64,000 nt of DNA. Origin: Octopus sinensis (taxonomy: Eukaryota). Position 1 is the stretch's first letter, and each line of letters starts with the position of its first letter. Made by a program: the position numbers and the translations under genes. The stretch lies in contig NC_043004.1 of the NCBI RefSeq assembly GCF_006345805.1, positions 98,580,001-98,644,000 on the forward strand, in the 5' to 3' direction. Below are positions 13,938-25,638 of the stretch, in pieces. The notes below the pieces were generated by a model. The model saw only the letters and a list, made by a program, of their open reading frames with translations. It ran no database searches and was not told the origin of the DNA.

Positions 13938-13939
<2 letters not shown>
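13667..13939. repeat. Fold-back inverted repeat (~125-bp arms) containing hammerhead-like motifs
   Basis: AACAATTGCAGCATG...GCGACGTGTTC pairs with GAACAGGTCGC...CATGCTGCAATTGTT. Confidence 0.9.
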
Positions 13940-13978
<39 letters not shown>

Positions 13979-14085
13979 TATGTATATATATATATATATA
14001 TGATTGATAGTCATATTTTTGGTCCAAGTCATTTCTCTAAATTTATACCATTATTCAATCATGTCCATGGATTTATTTGGCTTAC

Positions 14086-14125
14086 ATCTGAACACAGATA
14101 TCCCAGCAGTGACCATCATGCATTT
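14086..14125 (-). CDS. Candidate short exon (40 nt)
   Basis: Acceptor ttttacacaaccttag, donor GAT|gtaagc; the donor overlaps a 49-bp repeat so it may be spurious. Confidence 0.25.
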
Positions 14126-14653
14126 CTAAGGTTGTGTAAAATTACAGTTACTAACAGGTCTTTTGCCGATTAAAGAATAGTAAGGTGCAATTTGAAGGTG
14201 ACCTGGTTGCTATTTATGTCAGCTGGAATGACCATGTACAAGCTGCCTATATGACAGATAATTATAGTATAGTTAAACAATATTTATATATATATTATTA
14301 TCATCATCATCATCATTTAAAGTCCATTCTCCATGCTGGTATGGGTTAGATAGTTTGACGGGAACTGGTAAGCCAGAGAGCTGCACCAGGTTCCAGTCTG
14401 ATTTGGCATGGTTTCTATGGCTGGATGCTGTTCTAAAGCCAACCACTCCAAGAGTGTATCGGGTGCATTTTATGTGCCACCATCTATAATTCATATGTGT
14501 GTGTGTGTGTATATATATATATGTATATATCTATATCTATCTATCTATATATATATATATATATATATCATCATCATCGTCATCGTTATTCAATGTCTGC
14601 TTTCCATGTAAATATGAATGTATATATACATATTTATATATATATATATATTT

Positions 14654-15418
14654 GTTGAAATGGAAAGATGAATTATCTTGTTACGGATTATTCAAAAGTT
14701 TAACCGATACCTGGGTAGCAAAAATCACAGCAGAAAAAACACGGTTGGAGATAAGACCATATGGTGTTGCAACCATGCGTTGGTGCGGATAATTGAAGTT
14801 TAAATAATTAGTGAATGGAGAAATGGAGTTGAACGAAGATTGTACAGAATTCCTTATTACATTCTACACATGTTTCAAAGGCCACAATTTTCCAAATTCT
14901 GATTAAATAAGGATACCATATTGCAGCTTTCTCTTCAGGAAAAACCAGGAATTACGTTGTCAGAACAAAACAAAACAGAGGCGCAGCAAAGCAATTTGAA
15001 TGAGGACGCTCCTTAAGAGCCCATGGGTAAAATGTTTATCAATGTACGTTGAAATCGGGGGGTTGGTGGGGGCCGACAAAGAGTCCGTTGGAATAAATCC
15101 AGGTCAGGCCGCGGTCAAATCTAGTAGGTGAGGAATTAATGAGAACAAGGGGTGTGGAGATGTTCTGTGTGACCAAAACTAATGTTCTGAATATTTTAAG
15201 AATACAGGGTGTATTTTTTAGGGGCGAGACAAAACCTACCTAAAAGCATGTATGTGTATACTAGCCTATGTGTGTGCCGCCGTTTGTTGGCGAGGGGCGC
15301 TAGATAATGAACACTGCTGAAAAAAGCCTGTCAGACGACTGAAATAATTCTGTGTTTGTGTGTCCGTCTGTGGCTTGCTTGTCTAAAATTATCATCGTCA
15401 AAGAATCAGGAAGGTATA
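14654..15418 (-). other. Unassigned CpG-richer repeat-like segment, possibly Penelope-derived
   Basis: Degenerate hammerhead-like motif at 14862-14944 on minus strand; no recognisable ORF. Confidence 0.35.
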
Positions 15419-15420
15419 TA

Positions 15421-16073
15421 ATTCCAGCGTTTGCTTCTAAAAAACCGACCAATCGCCTGAGGGGAGTAATTTCCCCTTGCAAGGGTTATTCAGAGATTTT
15501 TTAAAAAGTTTTTTCCAAAAATTATTTTCATTTTAATAGTGTAACAAGGTGTTAATTGTCTTAGGTATCATTTATATGTAAGATAAGTATGACGCCGCCA
15601 ATGGGGACATCGAAAAGCCGTCTGTAAAAGCCCGTTTACCAAACGGCCTCTGGCGAACAATATGTGGAAAAGCTCAGAGTTACAAAGATTACACATCCTT
15701 CTGCCCCTATCAAACGCGAATTCAGTTTTTAGGCTGGAATGGTCGATTTTGTCGGTGGCCCTCCCGTTTGATAGGGGCAGAAGGATGTGTAATCTTTGTA
15801 ACTCTGAGCTTTTCCACATATTGTTCGCCAGAGGCCGTTTGGTAAACGGGCTTTTACAGACGGCTTTTCGATGTCCCCATTGGCGGCGTCATACTTATCT
15901 TACATATAAATGATACCTAAGACAATTAACACCTTGTTACCCTATTAAAATGAAAATAATTTTTGGAAATAATTTTTGGAAAAAACTTTTTAAAAAATCT
16001 CTGAATAACCCTTGCAAGGGGAAATTACTCCCCTCAGGCGATTGGTCGGTTTTTTAGAAGCAAACGCTGGAAT
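15421..16073. mobile_element. Fold-back MITE, 296/309-bp near-perfect TIRs, 48-bp spacer, TA flanks
   Basis: Arms 15421-15716 and 15765-16073 differ by one substitution and a 13-bp duplication; TA at 15419-20 and 16074-75. Confidence 0.9.
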
Positions 16074-16075
16074 TA

Positions 16076-16535
16076 AGTCAATCCTGTTTAAGTCAAGCTT
16101 TGTTTATGGTCCATTCAAGTAGTGAGTTCTTGTTGGGTGAGTTGTATCCAATTATGGGTGGCTTATCTGGTATTCTTTGAAGGAATCTATCCAGACTCCG
16201 TTTAAAGTTGATGGGATCCTTTTCCTCTTTGATCCCGTTCGGGACAATGTTAAATAGGGCAGGGCCTGTTGAGGAAAAGAGATTATGTTGCAGTGTACAT
16301 GTATGCTGTGATCTTGAATTGGGCAGGGGACGTATGGCCCGTGGTCCCAGTCTTGGATGAACCTTGAAGCTAATGTTCAGGTCGTTTGGGCAAAGTTGGC
16401 GGTATATTCTCCACATCGTACAAATGATGTACCACTCACGGCGACACTGTAGAGAGTAAAGTTTCAAGGCTTTAAGGCGATCCCAATAATCGAGAGCAGC
16501 CATGTCCTCGAGATGTTTTGTCTTGTATGGGGAGA
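16076..16535 (-). mobile_element. CR1/L2-group LINE, ORF2 C-terminal fragment
   Basis: ORF 16093-16545: [18 protein letters not shown]...GPALFNIVP...FKRSLDRFL...NSLLEW. Confidence 0.85.
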
Positions 16536-16536
16536 C

Positions 16537-16569
<33 letters not shown>

Positions 16570-16638
16570 TGTTATATTTCGGAATGGTCATATTGCCAGT
16601 TAGCCAATAAAAAATCTTGCACAACAAATATTTAAACG

Positions 16639-16674
<36 letters not shown>

Positions 16675-16730
16675 TATATGTGTATATATATATATACATA
16701 TATATACATGTATATATATACATGTATATA

Positions 16731-16784
<54 letters not shown>

Positions 16785-16830
16785 TATACATATATATGTA
16801 CATATATATTATATATATATATATATTTCA

Positions 16831-16865
<35 letters not shown>

Positions 16866-17148
16866 AAATATTTTCATCATCATTATTACTTTTCCTTTCA
16901 TGCATAGAGCACAGATGGGATTTGTTGAGACAGATTTTCTATGGCCAAGTGCCCATCATCTTTCCAACCCTCATCTGTTTGCAAGTAAAGTGGTGTCTTC
17001 CATTACTGGACGTGCTTTCATGGAAAATTGAAAGTTAATGACACTACTTGTATGGTGATAATACTCATCTATAACTATCAAGACAAAGGAACACAGATAC
17101 ACACATGCATACATATATACATACATACATTAAAAAAATTTTTTTTTT

Positions 17149-17444
17149 CGTGACCGACCAGGCCATCAGATGTTGTTACACATCGCTGGTCACAATGTGC
17201 TTCGCATTGTTTTAGCCTTCAAATGACGCCACCCCGCTGGCTAAGTGAGCTGGCCAACAGAAGAAAGAGTGAGAGAATGTTGTGGCGAAAGAGTACAGCA
17301 GGATCGCCACCACCCCCTGCTGGAGCCTCGTGGAGCTTTAGGTGTTTTCGCTCAATAAACACTCACAACGCCCGGTCTGGGAATCGAAACCGCGATCCTA
17401 TGACCGCAAGTCCGCTGCCCTAACCACTAGACCATTGCGCCTCC
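17149..17444 (-). mobile_element. SINE family 3 (alternative 3' tail)
   Basis: Head GGAGGCGCAATGG; near-identical organisation to 51121-51416. Confidence 0.88.
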
Positions 17445-17518
17445 TATACATACATACACACACATAGGCACACACAAACATGAAAACATGCATACACATA
17501 CATATATACATCGTTTAC

Positions 17519-17600
17519 TTATCTGTGCCGTAAGAACCAAGTAATTTTGAGATAATGTGAAATAATTAGTTTTTGATTGTAGAACTTGAAATAGATAAAG
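17519..17600 (-). CDS. Weak candidate exon (LYLFQVLQSKTNYFTLSQNYLVLTAQI)
   Basis: Acceptor ccatttatag, donor TAA|gtaaac; 82 nt open, phase 0 to 1. Confidence 0.2.
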
Positions 17601-17984
17601 CTATAAATGGTAACGCGTAAGTACTGAGTTAATAACATATTATAAATAAACGTGCACATGTACTCACAAACATACACAAACACATACATATGTACATGCG
17701 TGAACACACACACATACACACACACACACTCGCTCATACACACCCATATATATTCTGTAAATGATAATAATAATATTTTATAAGCTTAAAGCTTATAAGG
17801 AACTACCATGCAATCACTAAAGAAGATGTTCTAATATTGGGATATATAAGTCCTCAAAAGAAAAGAATAGGGTTTCTGTGAGTTCCATGCATAGAGAAAC
17901 CCTACTTTTTTTCCATTGAGGGCTTATGTGCCCCAACATAACACTTTGATTGGTTATAAGCTTTAAGCTAATAAAATATCATCA

Positions 17985-18420
17985 TCATCATCATCATCAT
18001 CATCGTTTAACGTCAAATTTCCATGCTAGCATGGGTTGGACGATTTGCACCAGACTCCAATCTCATCTGGCAGAGTTTCTACAGCTGGAACCCCTTTACT
18101 CTAAAAGTGTAGTGGGTGCTTTTACATGCCACCAGCACAAGGGCTAGTCAGGCAGTACTGGCAATGGCCATGCTCAAATGGTATTCTTCACATGCCACCT
18201 GCACAGGAGCCAGTCCAGTGGCACTGGCAATGACCACACTCGAATGTTTTTCCACGTGCCACCGGCACAAGTGCCAGTAAGGCAATGCTGGTAGCGATCA
18301 CACTCGAATGATGCTTTTTACATGCCACCAGCACAGAAGCCATTTAGCTGCTCTAGCAATGATCACATTCGGATGGTGCGCTTAGCGCTCCACCAGCACG
18401 GATGCCAGTCATCAAATTTG
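17985..18420 (-). mobile_element. Family 4 element with several hairpin minisatellite units
   Basis: (CAT)n tail and repeated GTGCCACC..GGCAC units. Confidence 0.8.
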
Positions 18421-18699
18421 ATTTTGATTTCAATTTCATTTACAGAATTGTAAAAAATCAACACTGCTTACCAAAAACCTTATATATATTTAGAAGGTAG
18501 TTATGGCCAGTCAGAGAGTGATCATTGGTTTTGTACCTTTATAGTGATTAGCTGTTCAGGTAACTCGTCAGACTCAATATATACACCATGGGCTTTTTAT
18601 CAGTTTCCAGTTACCAAATCAAATCACTAGGCCAAGGTGCCAGACGATGGAGCTGAACCCTAAGCCACATGGCTGAGAAGTGAAATTCTTAACCACATG

Positions 18700-19280
18700 A
18701 GATCTCTGGAGATATGCTGTGACTGCGAAGACCCGTCAAATAATGTGAGTGCATGGCTGTTTCCTGCACCAGCTTCACATAGCAGCCCCAGCCCATCCAA
18801 AGTACCTTTGATCACAGGACGGCCTGCTGTACTTACCTTGGATTGTAGAGCGACCTACTGTGCTTGAGGAGACCTATTGAGTCAAGTATATCAACATCAA
18901 AATAAAAATCAAATGAAAATTTTAGTTGTGATACTTCTGCCGGTGGCACATAAAAAGCACCATCCGAACCTGTCCAAAGCCAGCGCCACCTTGACTGGCT
19001 TCTGTGTGGGTAACATGTAAAAAGCACTAGCCGATCATGGCTGCTGCCAGCCTCCCCTGGCACCTGTGCCGGTAGCATGTACAAAGCATCTACAACACTC
19101 AGAGAGTGGTTGGCGTTAGGAAGGGCATCCAGCTATAGAAACACTGCCAGATCAGACAGGAGCCTAGTGCAGCCTCCTAGCTTCCCAGACCCTGGTCGAA
19201 CCGTCCAACCCATGCTAGCATGGAAAACGGACGTTAAACTATGACGATGATATGATGATGATGATGATGATGATGATGAC
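18700..19280 (+). mobile_element. Family 4 element, long copy
   Basis: Upstream body plus hairpin units plus conserved 3' end and (GAT)n. Confidence 0.8.
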
Positions 19281-19289
19281 AGCAATTAA

Positions 19290-19990
19290 GAATTATTTAG
19301 ACAAAGCAAATTTTGGATAGTAATGATTGATGGTAGAAGTAGAAGAAAATTAACTTCATACACAATCAATAAAGCAGATGTATGAGGTTTAGGATTGGGG
19401 GTGGAATTTATTGAGAGTCAAATTAGGATAAGTGTAACTAAGAATAAATTGAACAGATTTTTAAATGGTTTGGTTGATAACAGATGATATCCAGTAGAGA
19501 ATTAGATCAAGTGTGACCTCCAACTCACAGAGGAGAAGGCTATTGCAAAAGAAGGGACAGCATTTAGTGTTTAATGCCGAAAAGGCAATTGCATTTGGTA
19601 TGGAGACAGATTTGATAGGATAGAATTGTCATGAGATGAGTGGTGGGGGAAATAATTTTAAAGAATTTTATTGGTGCAAGGCAAACAAAAGCTATAAGCA
19701 GTAAGATAGTTTTACACTCCTAAAATTGAATCTCTATGTGGAATAATTTGTCTTTGGTTTAACGAGAAACCAGAAGAAAAGCAATAAATTTAGAGAATAT
19801 AGTGAAGAGCCACTTCTGTACCGTGGCATGAAATTGCTCAACATTGCGAATGATCAATGCCAAAATCCCCAGAAGGGCGGAAAGAGAAAACTGAGATATA
19901 TCCCAAAAGCTATCAGGAAATATCAGCGAAATGAGGCTTAAGGTTGCCCGAATATGATACTTAACAGTCTCAAGTGCCAGTTGGCAAAGA
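19290..19990 (-). mobile_element. Ancient L2/CR1-type reverse transcriptase remnant
   Basis: Frameshifted matches to WISSFL, VPQGSVLAPTLFSLFINDLL and LGVTLD..L.W motifs. Confidence 0.5.
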
Positions 19991-19996
19991 TAACTG

Positions 19997-20052
<56 letters not shown>

Positions 20053-20231
20053 CACACATACACACATACACACACACATTCATACATACATACATATATA
20101 CATACATACATGCATATGTATGTACATTCATGCTTGCATACATACATGCATTCAAATATACATGTATGCCTCTGTGTGTATCTTTGTGTGCATATATATG
20201 TGTGTGTTTATATAGTGTATATATATATATG

Positions 20232-20262
<31 letters not shown>

Positions 20263-20581
20263 ACACCAGCATGTATGTACATGCGAGAGTATATATATAT
20301 ATATATGTATATATATGTATGTATCTATGTACCTACATATCTGCGTATGCCTTAAATGTGATTTGGCTTGCAGTTAACTGAGTGTAAAAATACTGTGAAG
20401 AAGCGGAAAATTCAATCAAATGCTGACATTCCTGCTGTTCAACGGAGCCACACCTTATATTATTTAGGTTGTTTAGAATTAAACTTTTAACCTATTTGGT
20501 GAGTGAAGGATCATGTTAATGTATTATAGAAGAGATACATTTACACAGCCTCTCAAAACAAAGAAATTACAATTCAAACCT

Positions 20582-20628
<47 letters not shown>

Positions 20629-20743
20629 TTAAGTAATTACACATATATGCGTCTGATATACCAGCATAGAAACAGGCATTTAATGATGATGAAGATGATG
20701 ATGATATATACATACATATATATATATATCAGTGTGTATATAT

Positions 20744-20907
20744 AGGTGCAGGAGTGGCTGTGTGGTAAGTAGCTTGCTTACCAGCCACATGGTTCCGGGT
20801 TCAGTCCCACTGTGTGGTACCTTTGGCAAATGTCTTCTACTATAAGCCTCAGGCCAACCAAAGCCTTGTGAGTGGATTTGTTAGATGGAAGCTGAAAGAA
20901 GCCTGTC

Positions 20908-20941
<34 letters not shown>

Positions 20942-20958
20942 GGGTGTGTGTGTGTGTG

Positions 20959-20989
<31 letters not shown>

Positions 20990-21195
20990 CGTGTGCATGT
21001 GTTTACGTATCTGTGTTTGTCCCCCAACATCGCTTGACAACCGATGCTGGTGTGTTTATGTCCCTGTAACTTAGTGGTTTGGCAAAAGACCAATAGAATA
21101 AGTACTAGGCTTACAAGGAATAAGTCCTGGGGTTTATGTGTTCGACTAAAGCATGGCCGCAGTCAAATGACTGAAATAAATACCAGAATAAAAAG
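20744..21195 (+). mobile_element. SINE family 1, full length
   Basis: Same head, internal microsatellite and tail. Confidence 0.88.
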
Positions 21196-21446
21196 AGAGA
21201 TATACATGCACATACGCACATACATACACACATGCATATACAAACATACTCACATATATAGTCCAGTATATACACACGCACATGCACATATCTATCGTCC
21301 AATAAAGTTTAAACCAGCCAAAATTTCGAAGTCATGCCAATATTATTCTTGTTAAAGAATAATAAATATATACTCTGCAAAAGGTATTGAATAATCCTAG
21401 TTTAATGTAAAACTGTTTTTATTACAGGGTTCACTCCCCTACTTAC

Positions 21447-21481
21447 AATATATACTGGATGCAGACTACATTGATAACTAG
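21447..21481 (-). CDS. Weak candidate exon (LVINVVCIQYI)
   Basis: Acceptor gcctccttcag, donor ATT|gtaagt; upstream frame also open ~25 codons. Confidence 0.22.
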
Positions 21482-21953
21482 CTGAAGGAGGCTCATCCAG
21501 GGGTTAAAAATGACAGGAATGTCGAAAGGCCATATTGATGTGGCGATAAGCATTACTTCTTAGTATAGTTGCTATTTTTATCTCTTATAAAGATTTTCCA
21601 ACAAACTATTTTGTTTTAATTACAACATGATATAAAAACAAAAAGTGGCTGTGTAGTAAGTAGCTTCCTTAAGAAGCACATGGTTCTGGGTTCAGTCCCA
21701 CTGCATGGCACCTTGGGCAAGTGTCTTCTACTATAGCCTTGGGCTAACCAAAGCCTTGTGAGTGGATTTGGTAGACAGAAACTGAAAGAAGCCCGTCATA
21801 TATATGTATATATGTATATATATATACCACCAAGTAAGTTAGGGGTTGTGGATCCAACCCACTAAGTGATAATATGGATATTTGTTAACATTTATATATA
21901 TTAAATTGTACGTGTATCCTGTTTCATGTATTTATATTTTGAAAGTTCTTTAT

Positions 21954-22080
21954 AATCTCTGACGAGGTCTATGGTTATATATAAGTACCCTATTTTAAAA
22001 TGCCTACAACCTCAATATAATTGACAACTATAGGCACTAAAAAACTACTTTTTTTCATAGGCTGAAACAGCTGTAAGAGT
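21954..22080 (+). ncRNA. Type I hammerhead ribozyme motif with long loop II
   Basis: CUGACGA (21959-65), stem II GGUCUAUG/CAUAGGCU, GAAA, palindromic stem III ACAGCUGU, GUA triplet, stem I UCU/AGA. Confidence 0.75.
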
Positions 22081-23041
22081 GATTTTAATGATTTCAATAA
22101 TTTATATTAAGATTGTATTCTTATCTTATATGTATTGAATTATAATGTATATATGTATGTTATTAAGGTTCTCGTTTTTGTTAAATAAATAAATAAGTCA
22201 ACATTCTATTATCTGAAAGCTGATGAACCAACTAAATTGTTTCTCCATTTTCTTATTTATATTATATATGTATATATATATATATAAAAATATGTATGCA
22301 TGTATGTATGTGTGTGTGTGTGTGTATGTTTGTGTGTCTGTTTTTGTCCCCCCCCCCCAACATCGCTTGAAACCGATGCTGGTGTGCTTGCATCCCCATA
22401 ACCTAGCCGTTTAACAAAAAAGACTGATAAAATAATACTGGGCTTACAAAGAATAAGTCCTGGGGTCGATTTGCTCGACTAAAGATGATGCTCCAGCATG
22501 GCCACGATCAAATGACTGAAACAAATAAAAGAGAGTAATGGAGTGATGTATTGCTTCAGGTTCTGTGGTCTGTTTCGGCATTGTTTCTACAATTTGATGT
22601 CCTTCCTTCTACCAACCAGATCATAGTAGGTGCTTTTTATGAGGTACAATCACCCCTACACACTCAATAATACTATAAAAGAGACGAATCCTCTCAAAAA
22701 AATTCAAATCTGGAGATTCTACTAGAGTAGATGCAAGCGCTAATATATGATTTATGAAAACGTGTGACATATTAATAAAAATCTGTAAATATAAAACCAT
22801 CCAGATTTCTGAGTATCTTATTTCTTCTAATATATATATAAATTGTGAAGCAGGACTGTCACCACTACTACATTAACCTGAAGATTGCATAATTTAATGC
22901 ATGAAAGTACTAGTTCAATCAGAATGAACATTTAACATTCTACTATTTTATATTCTATTATATTATATTATCTTATATTATATCATTATAAGATTGTAAA
23001 TAAAATGTGAAAATCAGTCAAGGTTGGAATTCCTTTTATTA

Positions 23042-23077
<36 letters not shown>

Positions 23078-23348
23078 ACACACACACACACACATATATA
23101 TAGTCTCTGTTGAGTTAGAATCATCTCAGCAGAGACTATAAAAAGGCAAGTCTAACTCTAATACACCACTGTTTGATGATGGCTTAGGTGGTTGTAATTT
23201 GAAGTCACTGCCAAAGAGATTACTGTTTAAGAATAATAAATTTGTACTCTGAAAAAGTATAGAGTAACCCATTAAGTTAATGTAAAATTGCTTTTATTAT
23301 AACTGAACCTAAAAACAAACATTAATATATATTAATACATATATACCT

Positions 23349-23810
23349 GTGATACCTGTGCCAGTGGCACATAAAAAGCACCATCCAAACGTGGCCATTG
23401 CCAGCGCTGCCTCAACTGACTTCTGTGCCGGTGGCACATAAAAAGCACCATCCGAACGTAGCCGATGCCAGCGCCACCTCGACTGGCTTCTATGCCGGTG
23501 GCACATTAAAAGCACCATCCAAACGTGGCCAATGCCAGCACCGCCTTGGCTGGCTTCCATGCCGGTGGCACGTTAAAAGCATCAACCGATCATGGCCGAT
23601 GCCAGACGCCCCCTGGCACCTGTGCAGGTGGCACGTAAAAAGCACCCACTACACTCGCGGAGTGGTTGGCGTTAGGAAGGGCATCCAGCTGTAGAAACAC
23701 TGCCAGATCAGACTGGAGCCTGGTGCAGCCCCTGGCTTCCCAGACCCCAGTCGAACCGTCCAACCCGTGCTAGCACGGAAAAACGGACGTTAAACGATGA
23801 TGATGATGAT
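23349..23810 (+). mobile_element. Family 4 element with about five hairpin minisatellite units
   Basis: Repeated GTGCCGGTGGCACATAAAAAGCACCATCC units, conserved 3' body, (GAT)n. Confidence 0.88.
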
Positions 23811-23842
23811 ACATACATACATACATATAAATATGTATATGT

Positions 23843-24924
23843 CTAAGGAGCATTTGAGACACATGATGCTTTATTAGTTTAAAAACGGAACTCTGCAGCT
23901 GAAGCGACTGAAAATATTCTCTCAGCTTATGGAAAAGGGTACCTGAATGAAAGAACTTTCAGGGGATAGTTTGTAAAATTCAGAAGAGGAGATTTCAGTC
24001 TTGAAGATGAGGTCCAAACAGGATGTCCAATTGAGTTCAATGACAATCTCCTTTTGGCAAAACTAGAAAAAGATCATGCAGTTTCAGTTGAAGGATTGCC
24101 AAGCAAGCTTCATTCAAGCCATACAACTTATCATCACCATCTTGGAAAGGTCCTAAAACTTGGAAAATTGGTGCCTCGTGATATTTCTGAAGCCAAGCAC
24201 AAATCCTAAGTGGACATCTGTTCTTCTCATCGTTCTCGTGAACTCATCTCATCCTTTTTGGACAGACTGGTGACCGGTGATGAAAAATGGGTTTTTCTAA
24301 TCAAAATGCTAGGCATTGTTGACATTGGTTTGAGAAGGGAAAAAGGCTCAACCACAACTGAAAAGGGAACTCCATGCAAAGAAGGTTCTTCTCTCTGTTT
24401 GGTGAGATTGCAAAGAAATCATCCACTTTGGGTTGCTACCAATTAATGCAGCAATCACTGCTCAAATCTACTGTCAGCAATTAGAGCATTTAAAAATGCT
24501 ACTCTGAAGAATAAAAGGCCTGCTTTAGTGGATCAAAAGAGTATAGTGTTTCATCAGAACAATGCAAGACCCCACACTGCAAAGATCATGTCAAAGAAGA
24601 CCGTGGAACTTGGCTAGGAGAAAATTGCTCATCTACCTTACTCTCCAGATCTTACTCCTTCAGATTACCATTTTCTCTGTAGTTTACAGAATCATTTGGA
24701 TGGATTAATTCTTGAAGCACTTGAGGAAATTGAAACTGACTTTTCAGAGTTCTCATTGAAACCAAAAGATTTTTCATTAATGGGATTAAAAAGCTTATGA
24801 GTAGATGGAAATATGTCATAGATAATCATGGAAACTATACTGACAATAAAGTTTCATTAAAATATAAGATTCAATCACTTGTTTTCCTTATTTAAAATCT
24901 GGATGCTACTTATGAGATGACCTC
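23843..24924 (+). mobile_element. Mariner transposon remnant (DD34D type)
   Basis: LVTGDEKW, FHQNNARPH, HLPYSPDLTPSDYH across frameshifts and stops. Confidence 0.9.
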
Positions 24925-25002
24925 ACACTCACACACACACACACAGATATGTATATACATACATGCATATACATATATAAGCATACATATATATATGTAT
25001 AA

Positions 25003-25075
<73 letters not shown>

Positions 25076-25175
25076 ATGGTGTCATTGAGACCCAAAAATG
25101 TCAGGTAGTGCTATAGATAGACCATAGTTAAGTTCCAGGTTTGGTGGAACTATTATTTAACCATCCTCTCACACT

Positions 25176-25223
25176 GCCTCTGATGAAGGGATATAATAAA
25201 TATCCTGGAAACAGCTGTAAGAC
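25176..25223 (+). ncRNA. Minimal type I hammerhead motif
   Basis: CUGAUGA, A-GGGAUAU/AUAUCCU-G, GAAA, ACAGCUGU, GUA; stem I GCCU/AGAC has one mismatch. Confidence 0.7.
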
Positions 25224-25407
25224 TTTCTATCTATAAATGTTCTAAAATCTACACAGCCTTTGTTTTTTATCTCATTACGAACAAAAATTATATATATATA
25301 TATATATATAACGGGAAGGTTTACGAAAATAAACAAAAGACGAAGGCAGGTGGAGTACAAACAAACAATGTATTAGTATGGCGCTCAGGAATAGAAATAA
25401 AACAAGT

Positions 25408-25443
25408 CTTTTACGTTTCGAGTCTACGCTCTTCGACAGAAAG
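25408..25443 (-). ncRNA. Minimal hammerhead-like motif with A6U core change
   Basis: CUUU-CUGUCGA-A-GAG/CUC-GAAA-CGU-A-AAAG; all stems intact, core deviates. Confidence 0.55.
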
Positions 25444-25638
25444 ATACACAGAAAAGAAACAAGGAGAAAAACAAGGAGAGAAAAAAATTGCATGTAGGGG
25501 CTAAGAATCCAACATGGCGTTCTATATATATATATATTTAATCTTATCAAAGGGGAATGGAAATTAATAGAAATTTTCATTTCCAGTGGCCTAGCATGTA
25601 AAAATTTAGTCCAAAGACTATGTATTAGTCATAACATA

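Noticed and set aside
14862-14944. Hammerhead-like motif CUGAAGA...GAAACAUGU on minus strand
   Set aside because: The cleavage-site nucleotide is G and stem I does not pair; kept only as evidence of a degenerate PLE-like origin.
19759-19993. 77-codon hydrophobic ORF segment resembling a transmembrane exon
   Set aside because: With small frameshifts it aligns to LINE RT motifs (WISSFL, VPQGSVLAPTLFSLFINDLL) and continues into further RT remnants; the acceptor is only a microsatellite edge.
21482-21540. CTGAAGGA...GTCGAAAGGCC as another hammerhead
   Set aside because: Core, stem II and stem III all need several corrections.
23349-23660. CRISPR-like array of palindromic repeats
   Set aside because: Eukaryotic context, the spacers are similar to each other, and the array is part of a dispersed retroelement family.
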